DNA of 64,000 nucleotides, taken from assembly GCF_963676685.1 (NCBI RefSeq), contig NC_092356.1, forward strand, positions 38,254,001-38,318,000, given 5' to 3'. A model generated the notes under the pieces. The model searched no databases. It was not told where the DNA came from and was given only the letters and a program-made list of their open reading frames with translations. Origin of the DNA: Mytilus edulis. Taxonomy: Eukaryota. A program made the translations under genes and the position numbers. Below are positions 40,001-55,000 of this stretch, in pieces (within the stretch, counting starts at the first letter, position 1; each line of letters opens with the position of its first letter).

Positions 40001-43000
40001 GAATTCTCCATGACTGTGTACTCATACAAGCAAACAGAACTATTTCCTTCAAAACAGGCCTTGATTTTCATATCCATAGAGAATAATTTCTGCGAAGGAA
40101 TGTGATGGATAGCATATCTAAAATATAATATGTAATAATATACATTGGTATGAAGATACTTTTTCACTCATGTTATTTTACTATGAACAACAAATTTTTC
40201 TATTTTGCAAAAATATTTCTGTACTCCCAACAAAAAATTATTATATCTAAATTTATCTGTGTATTTGCATTTTGTCCCAGATTAGAGTTGTCTTTTTGGC
40301 ATTATTTTACAACACTCTCCCCCCCCTTTCTTAATATATATATTTATATTGTATTTATATTATTCCTAAGTTAAAATTTATTCATTCAGTATATGTAGCT
40401 TGTTTTTTCTTTAAATAGACAACTTTCGAGTTGGATGCATTTCCGTCAAAAACTTTGGTTCTAGTGAACATCATTTGTGCATTTAGGGGCGTCGTCAATT
40501 AAGTTCCAGTGATGAGCTAGTGGTTGGAAAACTATAATCCTATATTGAACAAATTATTCGACAAAATGAATTCTCATAATTGTCTTTCACCACTGCTGTC
40601 ATTAGGGAATTGTGATTAAGTACCTACAGAACAAATATTATTTCAAGTTTATCCTGCACAATGATGATCACTAAACTTTTTTAAAAGTCAGGAAACAGTA
40701 TTTTAGTGGTTGTTGTTTGTTGATGTGGTTCATAAGTGTTTCTTGTTTGTTATAAAGATTAAACCATTGGTTATCCTGTTTGAATTGTTTAAAACTAGTC
40801 AATTTGGGGCTCTATATAGCTTGCTGTTCAATGTGAGCCAAGGCTCCCTGTTGAAGGCCTTACTTCAATCTATTTTTGTTTATTTTTTACACATTGTGAC
40901 TTGGATGGAAAGTGTGGCACTCATACCACATAACATCAATGCTCATTAAGCCAAGTAACAAGAAAGAAAATATCAGTTAATACATTTGGCAGTATTTCAT
41001 ATTGGTCTTTTTTGTATAATTAACCCACTTACACCAGCTGCAGCACTCCATGGATTTCTACCTTTTCTTGTTTACCTAAAATATATTTATTTATGAGCAT
41101 AAACATTGCCATAAAAAAAAAAAATAGCTGGTCAATGCTTTGATTTTGGCTCTATTGGAAAACAATTTATGTAGTGTGCGTCTCTTAAGGATGCACTAAG
41201 GTGAGGTTTTGGAATTTGTGTCAGATGTTGGGACTCTTTGGTGATAAGTTCCATACGATACAAGGTAAAATATTTTGCCCCATAACACCCATTTATCTTT
41301 TCATATAAGACGTAATAGCTCATAAAAGGTCATGTAATAAAATTTAAGCAGATTCTTAATTTTCTTTCTTTTGGTTTTAGACCGAAACAAGTGAAACTGC
41401 GAGCTACTGCTCACTGATGATACCCCCGCCGCAAGTGGATAATATTAATAGTGTAAAAATATGCAAGTGTTCGGTAAACAGGAAGTTGTCAAGTGATGAA
41501 TCTGAAAACGCATCACACGGTATAGCTGACTTATATAAATCCTGAAACCAAATTTCAGAAATCTTTGTATTGTAGTTCCTGAGAAAAATGTGACGAAAAT
41601 TTTTAACTTGGCTATCATGTGTAAAATCATACAAGTGTTCGGTAAACAGGAAGTTGTCAAGTGATGAATCTGAAAACGCATCACACGGTATGGCTAACAT
41701 ATATAAATGTTGATACCAAATTACAGAAAGGGTGGATGTGTAGTTCCTGAGAAAAATGTGACGAAAATTTTCAACTTGGCTATCATGTGTAAAATCATAC
41801 AAGTGTTCGGTAAACAGGAAGTTGTCAAGTGATGAATCTGAAAACGCATCACACGGTATGGCTAACATATATAAATGTTGATACCAAATTACAGAAAGGG
41901 TGGATGTGTAGTTCCTGAGAAAAATGTGACGAAAGTTTCATGGGACGGACAGACTGACGGACGGACTGACGGACTGACAGACAGAGGTAAAACAGTATAC
42001 CCCCCCTTTTTTAAAGCGGGGGTATAATAATACCAATGCAAATATAAGGTAAAAGTCGGAGTCAGCCTTTTCCCGCCATATTTTATAAATCAAATATCTT
42101 GAAAAGGAGCTCCATGACCGATCAATAATTTTTTGCTTATTTTGTTCCTTAACTTATACTCTTCCAGCTTATAGCATCGATTTCAAATTCTTGATTTATT
42201 TAATTTCATGGAAGATGTTTTTAGACTCAAAGAGATCTGAGATCCACTAAACTTTGATCACAGACCTTGCAGACATAACCAAACATCATTCTGTCTTTAA
42301 TTTGTTGTGATTGCTTTCTTAAAATTTTGTTATAACTGACATCAAAATCAAGACATCAAAATCTCTCCTGAATGCAAGAAAGTGTTTCCTGAGACAAGTT
42401 CTAAAAAGATGACCTTGTTTTCTAATTCAACTCATTTAATTGTGTTCAGAAACCATGACATGGTTTAAAAAGGATTCCCACACTTATGATAATCTGAGAA
42501 CATAAACTTTTTCCAGCTGTTTAAATTGCAAACGTATCATGTTAATGATTGAAATATTTACCATGAGTTAAGCCAGTTTTATTTCCCAGCAGTATCAATA
42601 AAGTTTGAATTTAAAAACAACTTAATTTGTAGAAGAAGAAAAATTTGAAAATTACTTCAATTGCTTATCATCGCTATTTCATGAAATTTGCCTTTGATCT
42701 TTCTGCCTTTCTCAGCTCAGTAGAGTGAAATGGAAAATTATCACTAGTTATTAAGTGTACACGTGTCATCGTCAATGAAATTAACAACTTCCTTATAGGT
42801 GAACTAGCAATAAACAGATTATTATCGGTCATCTTAACACAATTGCTTTTCTCACTTTTGCTGCAATGGCTCCAGCGAGAAAATCAATCTCGTTGAGATG
42901 ACCAAACAATAATCTATAGATATCTAAATATCTTAATTAAAACCAACCCCATTCATAGTTGATCAAGTTGAATTCAAAGTGGTTTTCCTCAAGGTCTACA

Positions 43001-46000
43001 TCAAGTAAATAATCACACGTCCTGAGATTGACAGATGCATAGATATATCTTTTAAGAACAGGAATTTCAGAACAGCAGGTTACTCTATCACAAGTCTCAG
43101 TAATGTGGCATACAACACTCTCATTTAGCTTGATATATGGTGCTGTTATATTCAATTTAGTACATTCTGGAAAAAAGTACATATTATGCATTAATTAATA
43201 TACAGATGATTTGTATTTTTATTTACAATAATTATGCAATAAATCTCAATTTCTGGTTAATTTTTGAAATTTTTGTTGTTATGACAAGAAACAAGTGCAA
43301 ACATCCTTTGATTTGCAATTTGTTTAGAATTTTGAATTCACTGCAACAATTGCAGCTGACAATCAAATCAGAGTAATATTTCAAATCAAGCAATGGCATA
43401 AATTTACCATTCTTCCATCCATTGACAGATCCATTGTAAGGCATTAGATTGACATCACAAATATTTGACCACCCCATGTAATCAGAGAGACCAAGTTCTG
43501 TCATCAAATCATTGGCTGTAATATCTGTAATATTCCCTAGGTCGGTATTTCTACTCACTAACCAGTCTTCTAGTGAAAATGCTACAAAAGTAAAAAAAGA
43601 AGAAAACATTATAGAAAGTTTTAAGTTAATATTTTATTGGCAACTAGGCATTCCAAGAAATTGGAATCCTTCCCTCACCTTGCACTTATACTCGTCACTC
43701 TGCTTGAATTTGTACTAATTCCTAAAAGGAACAAATGTTTTTAACATTTCACAAACATTATTCTCATAAGCTCTGTTCATTTTTTATACTCACAAAGAAA
43801 ATGTTAGTATAAATAACAAATGAAACTGCGAGCTACTGCTCACTGATGATACCCCTGCCGTAAGTGGATAATATTAATAGTGTAAAATTATGCAAGTGTT
43901 CGTTAAACAGGAAGTTGTTGAGTGATGACTCTGAAAACGCATCACACGGTATAGCTCACTTGTATAAACCCTGAAAACAAATTTCAGAAATCCTTGTATT
44001 GTAGTTCCTGAGAAAAATGTGACAAAAATTTTCAACTTGGCTATCATGTGTAAAATCATACAAGTGTTCGGTTAACAGGAAGTTGTCAAGTGATGAATCT
44101 GAAAACGCATCACACGGTAAAGCAGACTTATATAAACCCTGAAACCAAATTTCAGAAATCCTTGAATTGTAATTTTCAACTTGGCTATCAGGTGTAAAAA
44201 TGATACAAGTGTTCGGTAAACAGGAAGTTGTCGAGTGATGAATCTGAAAACAAATCACACAGTATAGCTGAATTATATCAAGCCTAAAACCAAATTTTAG
44301 AAATCCTGGTAGTGTAGTTCCTGAGAAAAATGTGACAAAAATATTCATGGGACGGACGGACTGACTGACGGACTGACAGACAGAGGTAAAACAGTATACC
44401 CCCCTTTTTTTCAAAGCGGGGGTATAATTATGTATGATGATTGTAACAAATTAAAGTCTAGCTATATCAGTCCTTTGAACTGCAATGTCTCTAAATGCAT
44501 TTCTAATTGGGATATATGAAAAACTTGTAAGGATCTAGGACAGGTCAAGTTGTGCTTTACATGGGGTGGTTAACTCGTGTTATAAAAGAATGAAGTACTT
44601 TTAGTCACAGTAAAAACAAAAAGGATATGTTGTATTCTTGGGTTAGAACTGCTACTTACATGGGTTTAAGAATCCAGGAGCTTGGTCACAACTCTGTTGA
44701 TCAACAACTACATCTTTGAAGATCTCGATCTCAAACTCACAATCATTATTTGGTTCCATGCAAACAGATATATTGAGAGTTAAGCTGAATGTATCTAAAG
44801 AGGGTGTCTCTATCATGTATCTGTAACAAAGTAAGACATTTTATAAAGTATGTTTATACCTAATAATCTAATTTTGGATGTAACACACTGATTGGCTGAA
44901 AGTGTCTAGTTTATAAGTTTATGGATATAATTTTGTCATGTGACGTGGGTTTCCTGCCGGTTATATCCTCTGGGTTATAAAAAAGTAAATAGAAATATCT
45001 TTTTCTTTAAAGATCTAGTGATCTTTCATTTATTGTAGATTATTGGCAGGGCATCAACTATAAAATTTGTAATTTCATATTTTCCTAAACTGAACATTTC
45101 ACATTTCAAATATGAATCCTTCCAGTGATGGCCGAGAATAACATTTAAAATATGAAGATTTATAATGTACTTATAATGTACATGGTATCAACCAGAAAAA
45201 AATCAGATATTAAAATGATTTATGTACATTTGAATAAATTTCTTCGCAAAGCACAGCTGAGTACAACCACAGATGTCTAACCCTGAACAGTTGGGGCAAA
45301 AATAGACACAATATTCGTGCTTGATACAGGTTTGGTTATTTTTGCTTTTGTGCAATACACCATGCTGCTACAAATTTATTCTTTTATTTGCAAAAAAAAA
45401 AAAAAAATTGAAAGAAATTTTCTGTTTAATATCTGAAATCTTGAGAAAAAATTGTCCCCACCGGGAGTTTTTTTTATTCCTAAACTGTTGGGACCATAAC
45501 CCCCAAAATCAATCCCAACCTTCCTTTTGTGGTTATAACCCTTGTGTTTAAATTTCATAGATTTCTCTTTACTTATACTTAATTTATCTTCTGGAAACCA
45601 AATGTCTTCGGACAATGCTGAGGACTACGACTACGTGGTACCAATATACAACCGCAAAATTGTTTGCGGTCGTATAAAAAAACCACATTATAAAACTATA
45701 TACATGTGATAACAATAATGTAATAATTAGGGTACAAAATATGAATGAGAGCAGATTCTGAGATCATACTCTTGAATCCCTGTACTGTACTGCATGAAAC
45801 CATTTGTGGTGGCAAAAAGTAAAATCACAAAAATACTGAACTTAGAGGAAAATCAATTCCGAAAGTCCATAATCACATGGCAAAATAAAATAATAAAACA
45901 CATCAAAAACGAATGGACAAGAACTGTCATATTCCTGAAAATGGTGGATTAAACCTGGTTTTATAGCGTTAACCCTCTCACTTTGATGACAGTCTCTACA

Positions 46001-49000
46001 AATTCTGTTATATTTACAATGATGCGTTAACTAAACAGACACAATAAATAAAATAGTCAAAATATGGGTACAGCAGTCATCATCGTGTAACAATTTTAAA
46101 AGGAACAATTTAACAGAACACAAAAAACTCTATGTACAAACACATTCATTGATTTGCGTGTCTGAGTCAGAAAACTTTATACGTCACATATATTTGTTGT
46201 TCAATGTACATACAAACAATTTTAAAATTTCACATAGGCAATGTTAGCATACAGGGTTAAAAAATCAAAAGTATGTAAGAATAATTTTCAGAAATAGACT
46301 GAGATTGAAAATAGTCCAAAAGTTATATAGAATTTACAAGAATCCACAAATAGTTAATTCCACTACGCAATTGAATGATTTTGATGTTTGAGGTTCAACG
46401 TATTTTGTAATTCATAATAGAAATATATCATAATGATATAAAATAGAACAATATCATAATGACGGGATCTTTTAAAGTACAGAGTCACGTTATAAGAACC
46501 AAAGAAATACAAAAAGTTGTATATACAAAACACACCACCAAAACATGAAAGACAATACAAACACATTGACGGGATGTATAAGTACCGAGCCATGTTAAAC
46601 TGATATCACATAAAACAATCCAACAGTAAAAGTAATATTAATAATAGAACAAAGACAAATGAAAGAACTATAAAACATGTTGTTAAGATGATAAACAACA
46701 TCAGTATGCAGAATCTTTACATCAAGACCATTGTGATTCCAATCTTTAACTGTACATTGATAAAATGAATGTTTATAACTGCCATTAAATGTCTTTTAAT
46801 GATATGAATAAAAAAAATGTTTTACATACTTTATATTCACTATTCCCAATAGTCCAAAGGTGTACAAGTTACCTGAAAATAAAAGTAATATCTCTTGTTG
46901 ATCCTTATCTTGTCATTTGGTTATATGAAGCCTTTAAAGTGAGAGATCTGAGAAAAAAAATAATCTGGAGATATGACACAAAGACAATTTTTACTTCGCT
47001 TTAGTGATTCCAATGTGTTTTGGGGTACCACGAAGAGGAAGCAGTTGTTTTGATTAACTTCTTAACCTATAATTGACAATCAGTTTTATTCAAGGCTGGA
47101 CAGCAGGGATTATGCTACTGTGAGTCTTAAAAAGTCCATTTTTATCCATCTAACTTTGTTGGGCCTGATTGCCACAAGCATTATCTAGTCACCCAGATGT
47201 TTAAAAAGCTGATTTATTTATCAGCAGACTTCCATTTATATCAAATTGAAATAGTAAGTATTCATTTATATGTTAATATAATCAAAGACAGACATTGTAT
47301 TTCTTTATTTTCCTATCTGGCAGTAATTGTACAACACAACAATCAAGACATTTGTGCATAAAAAATGAGAAATACAGCTCTAAAACTCAGAACTATTATA
47401 CTTCTTTGATAATGGTTTCCTTAGATCTAAAACTTACCATACGAAACTTCTGACAACTTAATATCATGAACTAAATTGTCAATTTCTAGTTTTAGGTTGT
47501 TTCTGCATTGCATGATTCTGAACACTGTTGTAACAGCTGTTAAGGTTGGAAGATTGACACAACATTCTACACTCTGGCAATTTTCTGATATAAAGCATGA
47601 ATAACTACTATGGTGGTCTATTGGTATTACTTTTACATCAGCATTCTCACATCCTGTAAAAAAAATAAGGAAAGCAGTCAGCTAATAATTTTCAACAAAC
47701 TGTAATTCAAGCTGAATTCTGTATTCATGAGTTTTCTCTCTTATTTTTTTCCTCAATATAGTCCAGTCAAACTAAGGTTTAACCTCAAACTAATTGCGAC
47801 AGAAAATGTTTTAGTTCTAATCTATAGCATTTAGCCCCAATTATACACAGAAAAAAGTCCCATAAAATCCTTCCATCTGTAACTCTCTCTCACTCTTCTT
47901 TTTCTTTGCTACCCAATGACTATTTCGATTCCCTTTATCTATCTGTAAATAGTTAATAGTTGACTGTTAAAGCTTGGTACACAATATGATTTACACAAAC
48001 CATTATAATTGTAAAAGAAATAAACAGAGCAAGGTGCTGTTTTAAGAAACTGGTCTATCTTTAGATCCTGCTTTAGCTGAACTTTGGCCCATTCTAGCAA
48101 GTATCCTCCATACATTGGTGAGTTCTTTTCTTCAAGCCAAGTAGCCAGTGAAAATTCTAAAACAAATATGAGAATCAAGAGTTTAATATGGTAAAAAAAA
48201 ATATTAGCAGAAGACTTAGAAACAGCTGCCAAATAAAAAAAAGACTGTAAAATGACAGCTCTAATTATTTTAGAAAAAATAATGTAATTCTTAAACTTAA
48301 AGTTGATATGGAAGATAAGTCAAAGGTCAAATATTTTTTCTTCAAAATTGGGGAAAATCTTCGAATGGGTAGAGGGTCCAAAATGAATCCACTGGTTTAA
48401 CTCAAAGTGCAAGAAAGAAAGGTATTTTTAATATAATAAATATATGAATATGATTTCAACATATCAAAAATATCTTTAAAAGATTAAATTACCATTTTCC
48501 TTTGATCTGTCACAGAAATCTTTGATTATTTTTCTCCCATCTAATATGACCTCATTTACAGAGCAGGTACTATTTGCTTCCAGACACACCAAAATGTTAA
48601 AATACACCATATAACTATTTTCTGCTGCCAAGTTGTAAACCACAATTCTATAATAATAAAAAAAGTAAAAGATATCAAATATGTTGACACTACTGTTTGT
48701 AATGTTTCAATATGCTGTAAAAAAAAAACCAACACCACCATGTATCTTGTGCAGTGGTTGTTCTTGGTTGCTGTTTTAACAATGCTATTGTTTACATAAT
48801 TATAAATTAAGCCATAAGTTTTCCACTTTTGAATTACTTCACATTTTGTCATGTAAAGATCATTTATAGCTCATTTTAAAGTGTGATTTTGTCTCGTTGT
48901 TGAAGGCCATACAGTGACCTTTAGTTGCTAAGTAATACAGTATCATTTGTCTCTGAAGGACAGTTACATAGCAGGTACCATTTACTTTCAGGCACATCAA

Positions 49001-52000
49001 ATTTGTTTAAATACACCATATAACTATTTTAGCTGCTAATTGTATAAAAAAATCTTTTAACTACAAGTAATTTTCTTTAAAACAAAATAACTTACTCAGT
49101 TCTCAACACACCAACAAGTCCATGCTTCTTCAAAGTACCTAAAATATCAAATGTAGTTAATTTTATTTTAAACTATGAACAGCGAATTATGATAGTAATA
49201 AATATTTCAAAATTAAATAGTTCTTTACAAGTGACAATAACTGTAGAAAATTATTACAACCGAAACCATTCAAGATTTAATACCAATACTTAAAAATGGT
49301 CTGCCAAATTCTAAATTTATCTAAAGCTATGAAATAATGATTAATCGTTGAAGACCAATTGGTGACCTTCTGCTGTTGTCTGTTCTATGGTCGGGTTGTT
49401 GTATCTTTGACATATTTCCCATTTCCATTCTCAATTTTATTAGCATTGAAATCATTGCTGCTTTCTTGGCAGTGTGACCTTATTATAAACAAGAATAAAT
49501 GTGTTGTGCTTAGCATTGTAACTTAAACTAGAAATTATATTTTCAGAAAACAGGAAGGTGTTCCAACATATAAAAATGTCCCTAAAAATATAATAAAATA
49601 ATGCTCATACATTTCAACTCATTACTGCCAAGCTGCTTGCCAAATATAGTCATTCGGTGTTTTTACTTTTTAAGAAAGTTGTGATAAATATATATTTGGT
49701 TTTATTCAAAGTGTGTGTTTTAGAATTGGTAGTATGACACATGTTCATATAACAATATTTTATTTAAGGTGGTACCCAACACTTTCACTAAAATTAATTT
49801 GGCTCGTTTAAATTTCATAAAATTTTGACAAAGTATATACTTTGTCCCTTTGACGAAAATATAATAAATTCAAATAATTTGAACCAACCGTTTTTTCAGA
49901 AAAATTACACTGGTTATATAGCAGTTTGACAAATACTATTTTTGATCATTTAGAAGCTTAATATTCCCTTAACAACAAAAACGTAATTAAAACGTTTAGC
50001 TGATTTTACAGAGTTATCTCCCTGTAGTGTTAGGTACCACCTTAATGCCAAATTACCCCATGTGTAATCCACCAATGATATTTCCTCTGACAATCTTTCC
50101 AGTTGTAAAGTTAACTTCCTGTTGCAGTGGTCTATTGATAATGATACTTCCATTGTCCTTCCTAGATCTTCTACATCAACACAACAGCTGACCGTGTCAC
50201 ATGTATAACCCATGTTACATGTTATTTCTCCAGACAAAGCTGGAAGATCTTCATCATCTGTACATACTAAATTAAAAGAAAGTGTTAAAAACTGTGAATA
50301 TAAGTCTTTGACTTTAAATAAATTATCATTAAATTACTAATAACAATTAATTAAAATAGATATAAGAACACTGAATATTTAAAAGTGGTGAATTTTTATA
50401 GGCAAAATTTGATAGTTATATCTGTTAGAATTAAATTAAATATTCATTCATTGGCTAGCTTATCGTCAATTTGCTAACTATCATTTCTCTGACTGCTAGC
50501 CTATATTTAACAATCTACATAGGACCATAACTCTGAACGGCAAAAGGGAAAATTGTCCATATCAAACATCACCCCAATATTGTCATCAGTAACAATATAT
50601 TCAAATTTGAATTGGTTGAAAGATTCAGAGGTTACTGATTTATTTTTTTAAATAGAGTGCTATTTTTCAGAGTATCAATAATCATAACTCCTGGTTGGTG
50701 AAAGTGAAAATCAATCGTTAAAACAGAACTTGACCTCCAATTTGTCACAAGTAACAAGATATTAGAATTTCAAAAGTTTTGTTTGAATGGTTAATAAGTC
50801 ATGGCATAGAAACATTTGGAAATTGCAGCCCCTGACTGTTCATGGCTGTAAATTGTTTCACCATTATAATAATAAAATTATTTCTTCAGAAAATTATGTT
50901 TTAAAACAAGAATGTGTCCCCAGTACACAAATGCCCAATCTGCACTATCATTTTCTATGTATAGTGACCGTAAAAATGGGGGAAAATTAATGGCATTAAA
51001 ATTAGAAAGATCATATCATAGGGAACATGTGTACTAAGTTTCAAGATGATTGGACTTCAACTTCATCATAAACTACCTCGACCAAAAACTTTAACCTGAA
51101 GCGGGACAGACGGATGAACTGACAGACAGACGGTTGGACAAACAAACTGACGCACAGATCAGAAAACATAATGGCCATAAATGGGAAATGCCGCATAAAA
51201 AAAGTCTTATCAGCCATGTATCCTGTAATGATTGTCACAATGGTGAAATTTTGGCAGCCTTAAAACCAGGTTACAGTACAGACTCTCTTTTTCAAAAGGG
51301 TAATATGAATGATTAATAAAAGTCAATGTGTTTGACAGCTACCTAACAACACAAAATACTTCTACAGGAAAAATTTCTAAAATATATTAACAAATATCTA
51401 TACAATACATTCAGCACTTTATTGTCCAGAGTCTAGGAATAAATTTATCACACTATCAAAGAAATATCCATTTACATACATGACTTCCATCCATTGGTAG
51501 AAGGACTGTACAAATCACTGAAGTTGTTACATCTCACAGAAAGAAGATAGTAAGACAAACCAAGGTGTTCAAGCAACTCAGATGCTGCAATACTGTCCAA
51601 ACTATCATTTCCATCAAGTCCTCTTTCATTCTTCCACTTTGATATGGAAAAATCTGTAAAAAATACAGTAAATATGCATCCTCTCAAAAAAACATCTGTA
51701 GCATAAACTATATATTTTTTTGTGAATAGTATAAAAGAACAAGAATGTGTCCGGGGTAAACAGATGCCCCAATCGCACTATAATTTTTTATATTCAGTGG
51801 ACTGTGAAATTGGGATTAAAATTAGAAAGATCATATCATTGGGAACATGTGACCTATGTTTCAAGTTGATTGAACTTCAAATTTATCAAAAACTACCTTG
51901 ACCAAAAACTTTAACCAGAAGCGGGACAGAAGGAGGAACGAACAGATGGATGCACAGACCAGAAAGCATAATGCCCATAAATGGGGCATAAAAACTTTAA

Positions 52001-55000
52001 AATAAACTTTTCCAACATGAGTGGTCTATAGAACTTCATGTATATTTGACATTTTAACCTATTATGAATGTTTGCTTTGTTCACACATCATTGTCAATAT
52101 AATGAAATTTGATACAACTGTCATGCAAGTGAGAGGTTTTACCTAGCTAGGTTCAATCCACCATTTTTTTACATAAGAAAATGCCTGTACCAATTCAGGA
52201 AGATGACAGTTGTTATCCATTTGACTGATGTGTTTGAGCTTTTGATTTTGCCATTTGATTAGGTACTTTCCGTATTGAAAATTCCTTTTTAAGTTTTTGT
52301 GATTTTACTTTTTCATTCTATAAGATTTTTTTTTGAAAGGAAGAATTGTTTGACACCCCATTACAGAATATTCTAATATGACGTGCTTCTTTCGCTTTGT
52401 AAACAACACTGTGATATATTTCTCGATGTATCTATACTTAGCGCAGACTTAATGATATACATAATAATGGCTGTTACAATATACTTCCCACGTAAATCTA
52501 CATGTATTGGAACCTATTTGCAGACCTTTTGCCGATTTTATTGATTTAAAAAGTGCAATTATAAAAAGACAAAATAACTGTTACTCTTTTTCGGATGCAT
52601 AATAAATAGCAGTAATGCACAAGAGCTCGGAGAAATCAACAAAATAAAAATAAAATAAAATTCAACGAAAGTCTATTAATTTTTTTGGCGCATTTAAGTC
52701 TGATTTCAAAACATGACGTCATGCAAATGAAACCACTAAAGTTGAAAGTTTTCTGTTACGTGAACCATCAAAATTCCTATGATATTGTATCAAAGTTGAT
52801 TTTTGAGGTAGTTTTTGTTTTATATTCTTTTCTATTTCATTATTTGCATATTTACTCATTTCAGCAAGTCAACATGGTGGCTCCTTAGTTACGAAATGTC
52901 AACTTTGGATTTGACGGAAGCTTATGAGAAAATCATGTAAATTAAAAATAGCATATGTTGGGTTTCAGAATTAGAAGAATTATACAGTTTTTTTTATAGC
53001 GGTTATTTAAGAAAAAACCCATGCAAGATACGGATTTATTAAGATATTTGAGTTTTATCTAACAGGGAGTAAAAAAGATCAGTCACACACACACCAAACT
53101 AAACGTCGCTTCAGTATTTTAAAGACCGTATTTGTCATATTAGAATCGAAAGAATTCATGGAAGCCATAGATTGTTGAAAATTTAAACATGGCCTGGGAC
53201 ATGATTTTTCGCTAATTTTATCCCTCGCTAACGCTCAATATCAATTGAATTCGAATATCACTGCCTAGGCCATGTGTAAATTTCCAACAATCTATGGCTT
53301 CCATGAATTATTTCTTAAATATTCTACTAGTAAAATATACCTTCTTTAATAAATCCACCATTATTACTACACTGCAAGATCGGTAGCATCATATTCTCCA
53401 CTACCACATAGTCCTGTTCACAGGTACCCTGGCTCTCTGTACATATACTTATATTCTTAGATATCAGATATGAATGTTCCATTTTAAGGTAGTGTATGGA
53501 CAATCTAAAATATACAATATAAAATTTCTAATACAAGAAAATATGTCATACAGAAACCATACCCAGCTCAAACTACCAGATTTTCATTTCCAGTGAACCC
53601 TGAATTTTGGTCGAACTATTATTTGAATTCTTTTATTAATCGCATCTTTAAAATGAATGTGTGTAAACTTTAACATAAATCAGGAAGGCCATGCAAACAG
53701 AGGTACAGACTATTAAATGGAAAAGTCCTGAAAAATAATGCATCCCTCAACTATACTCTGCTGGGCTTGAAAAAAAATCCTATTGAATTTTTTTTCAATA
53801 ATTACTAAATTTCTTCCTTAAGACAAGATGGACACCAATTACATAATGCTGTTGATTTATTACTTGAGATTGAAAACATTTAAAAAGTCAACTGTCAAAT
53901 AGGGTCTCATATTTCTCTCCCCAATAATAATAACATTTCCAATTTCTGAATTTCTGAAATAGATGATATTATAAATGACGAAAAAAATTATATACCATAT
54001 ATTATTAAATCTAATCTTATCAATAAACAAAATAATATAATTATTAATATACATACTCTATGTTCACAATTCCTGCTAATGAGAACTTCTTTACGGTACC
54101 TAAAATTGATAATGTATTTTAAACCAATATGCATGTGCTTTAAATATCAAACCCACATTTGAAATTAACATTCTAGTAAACAGAAACTATTTGTCAAATA
54201 GAAATATCTGTTGAAAGTTATTGTGCTCAATTGACATTTATAGCAATGTTGACTTATTAACAGATCCTGTCCTGATTTTTATTTTTGTCATTTTCCGTAT
54301 TTGGTCAAAATAGGTATCAAGTAGAAATTGACTTTTCTGTCATGTCAAATTTCCTGTATCTTAAAAATTTACAAGACAATTGACAATACTTGCATTTTTC
54401 TCTATATGTTCCATTTTAAGCCTTGGCAGCCATGTTGGTTGAAAGTAGGATCTTCTGGCATATATATTAAAACTAAATACCCAAGATAATTTAAGCCAAT
54501 TTGGTTAGAGGAAAATCTATGGGTAAAAGTTGATGGACAACAGAACTGATGTAGACAGTCAATTGATTAATTTGGACCACGTGAGCGCTTAAAGTAATTT
54601 TAAGTAGATAATTCACTATTTAAATATTGTAAATAATAGGTGAACTAAGGAGTCTCTTATTGGGACTCTCACTTGATAATTTACCAGAAATGATAAAAAC
54701 TTGTAGAAATTGTATCGTACCAAAGGAAAACTCAGTTATTGAGGTGTTGTATACAAAATTGTCTATCCCAACAGTAACAACATAAGAACATGGATCAATT
54801 AGAACTATGGTATGGAAGCTTCTTTTTAACTTGTTTTCAAAGACACAACACTCAATACTAGTACATAAAGCTGACAGATGACATGGAATATCTATGTAAG
54901 GCATTGCTGGTGTTACCAATGGGCATGCTGAAAAATAGTCATAAATGTATGAAAAATAAATTGCTTCGCTGAGCGCAGCTTGATACAACCGTAGAGGTCC

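Noticed and set aside
41404-44414. 150-aa repetitive ORFs (41404-41868, 43956-44414)
   Set aside because: Translations of the 168-bp tandem units of a non-coding Helentron-like repeat.
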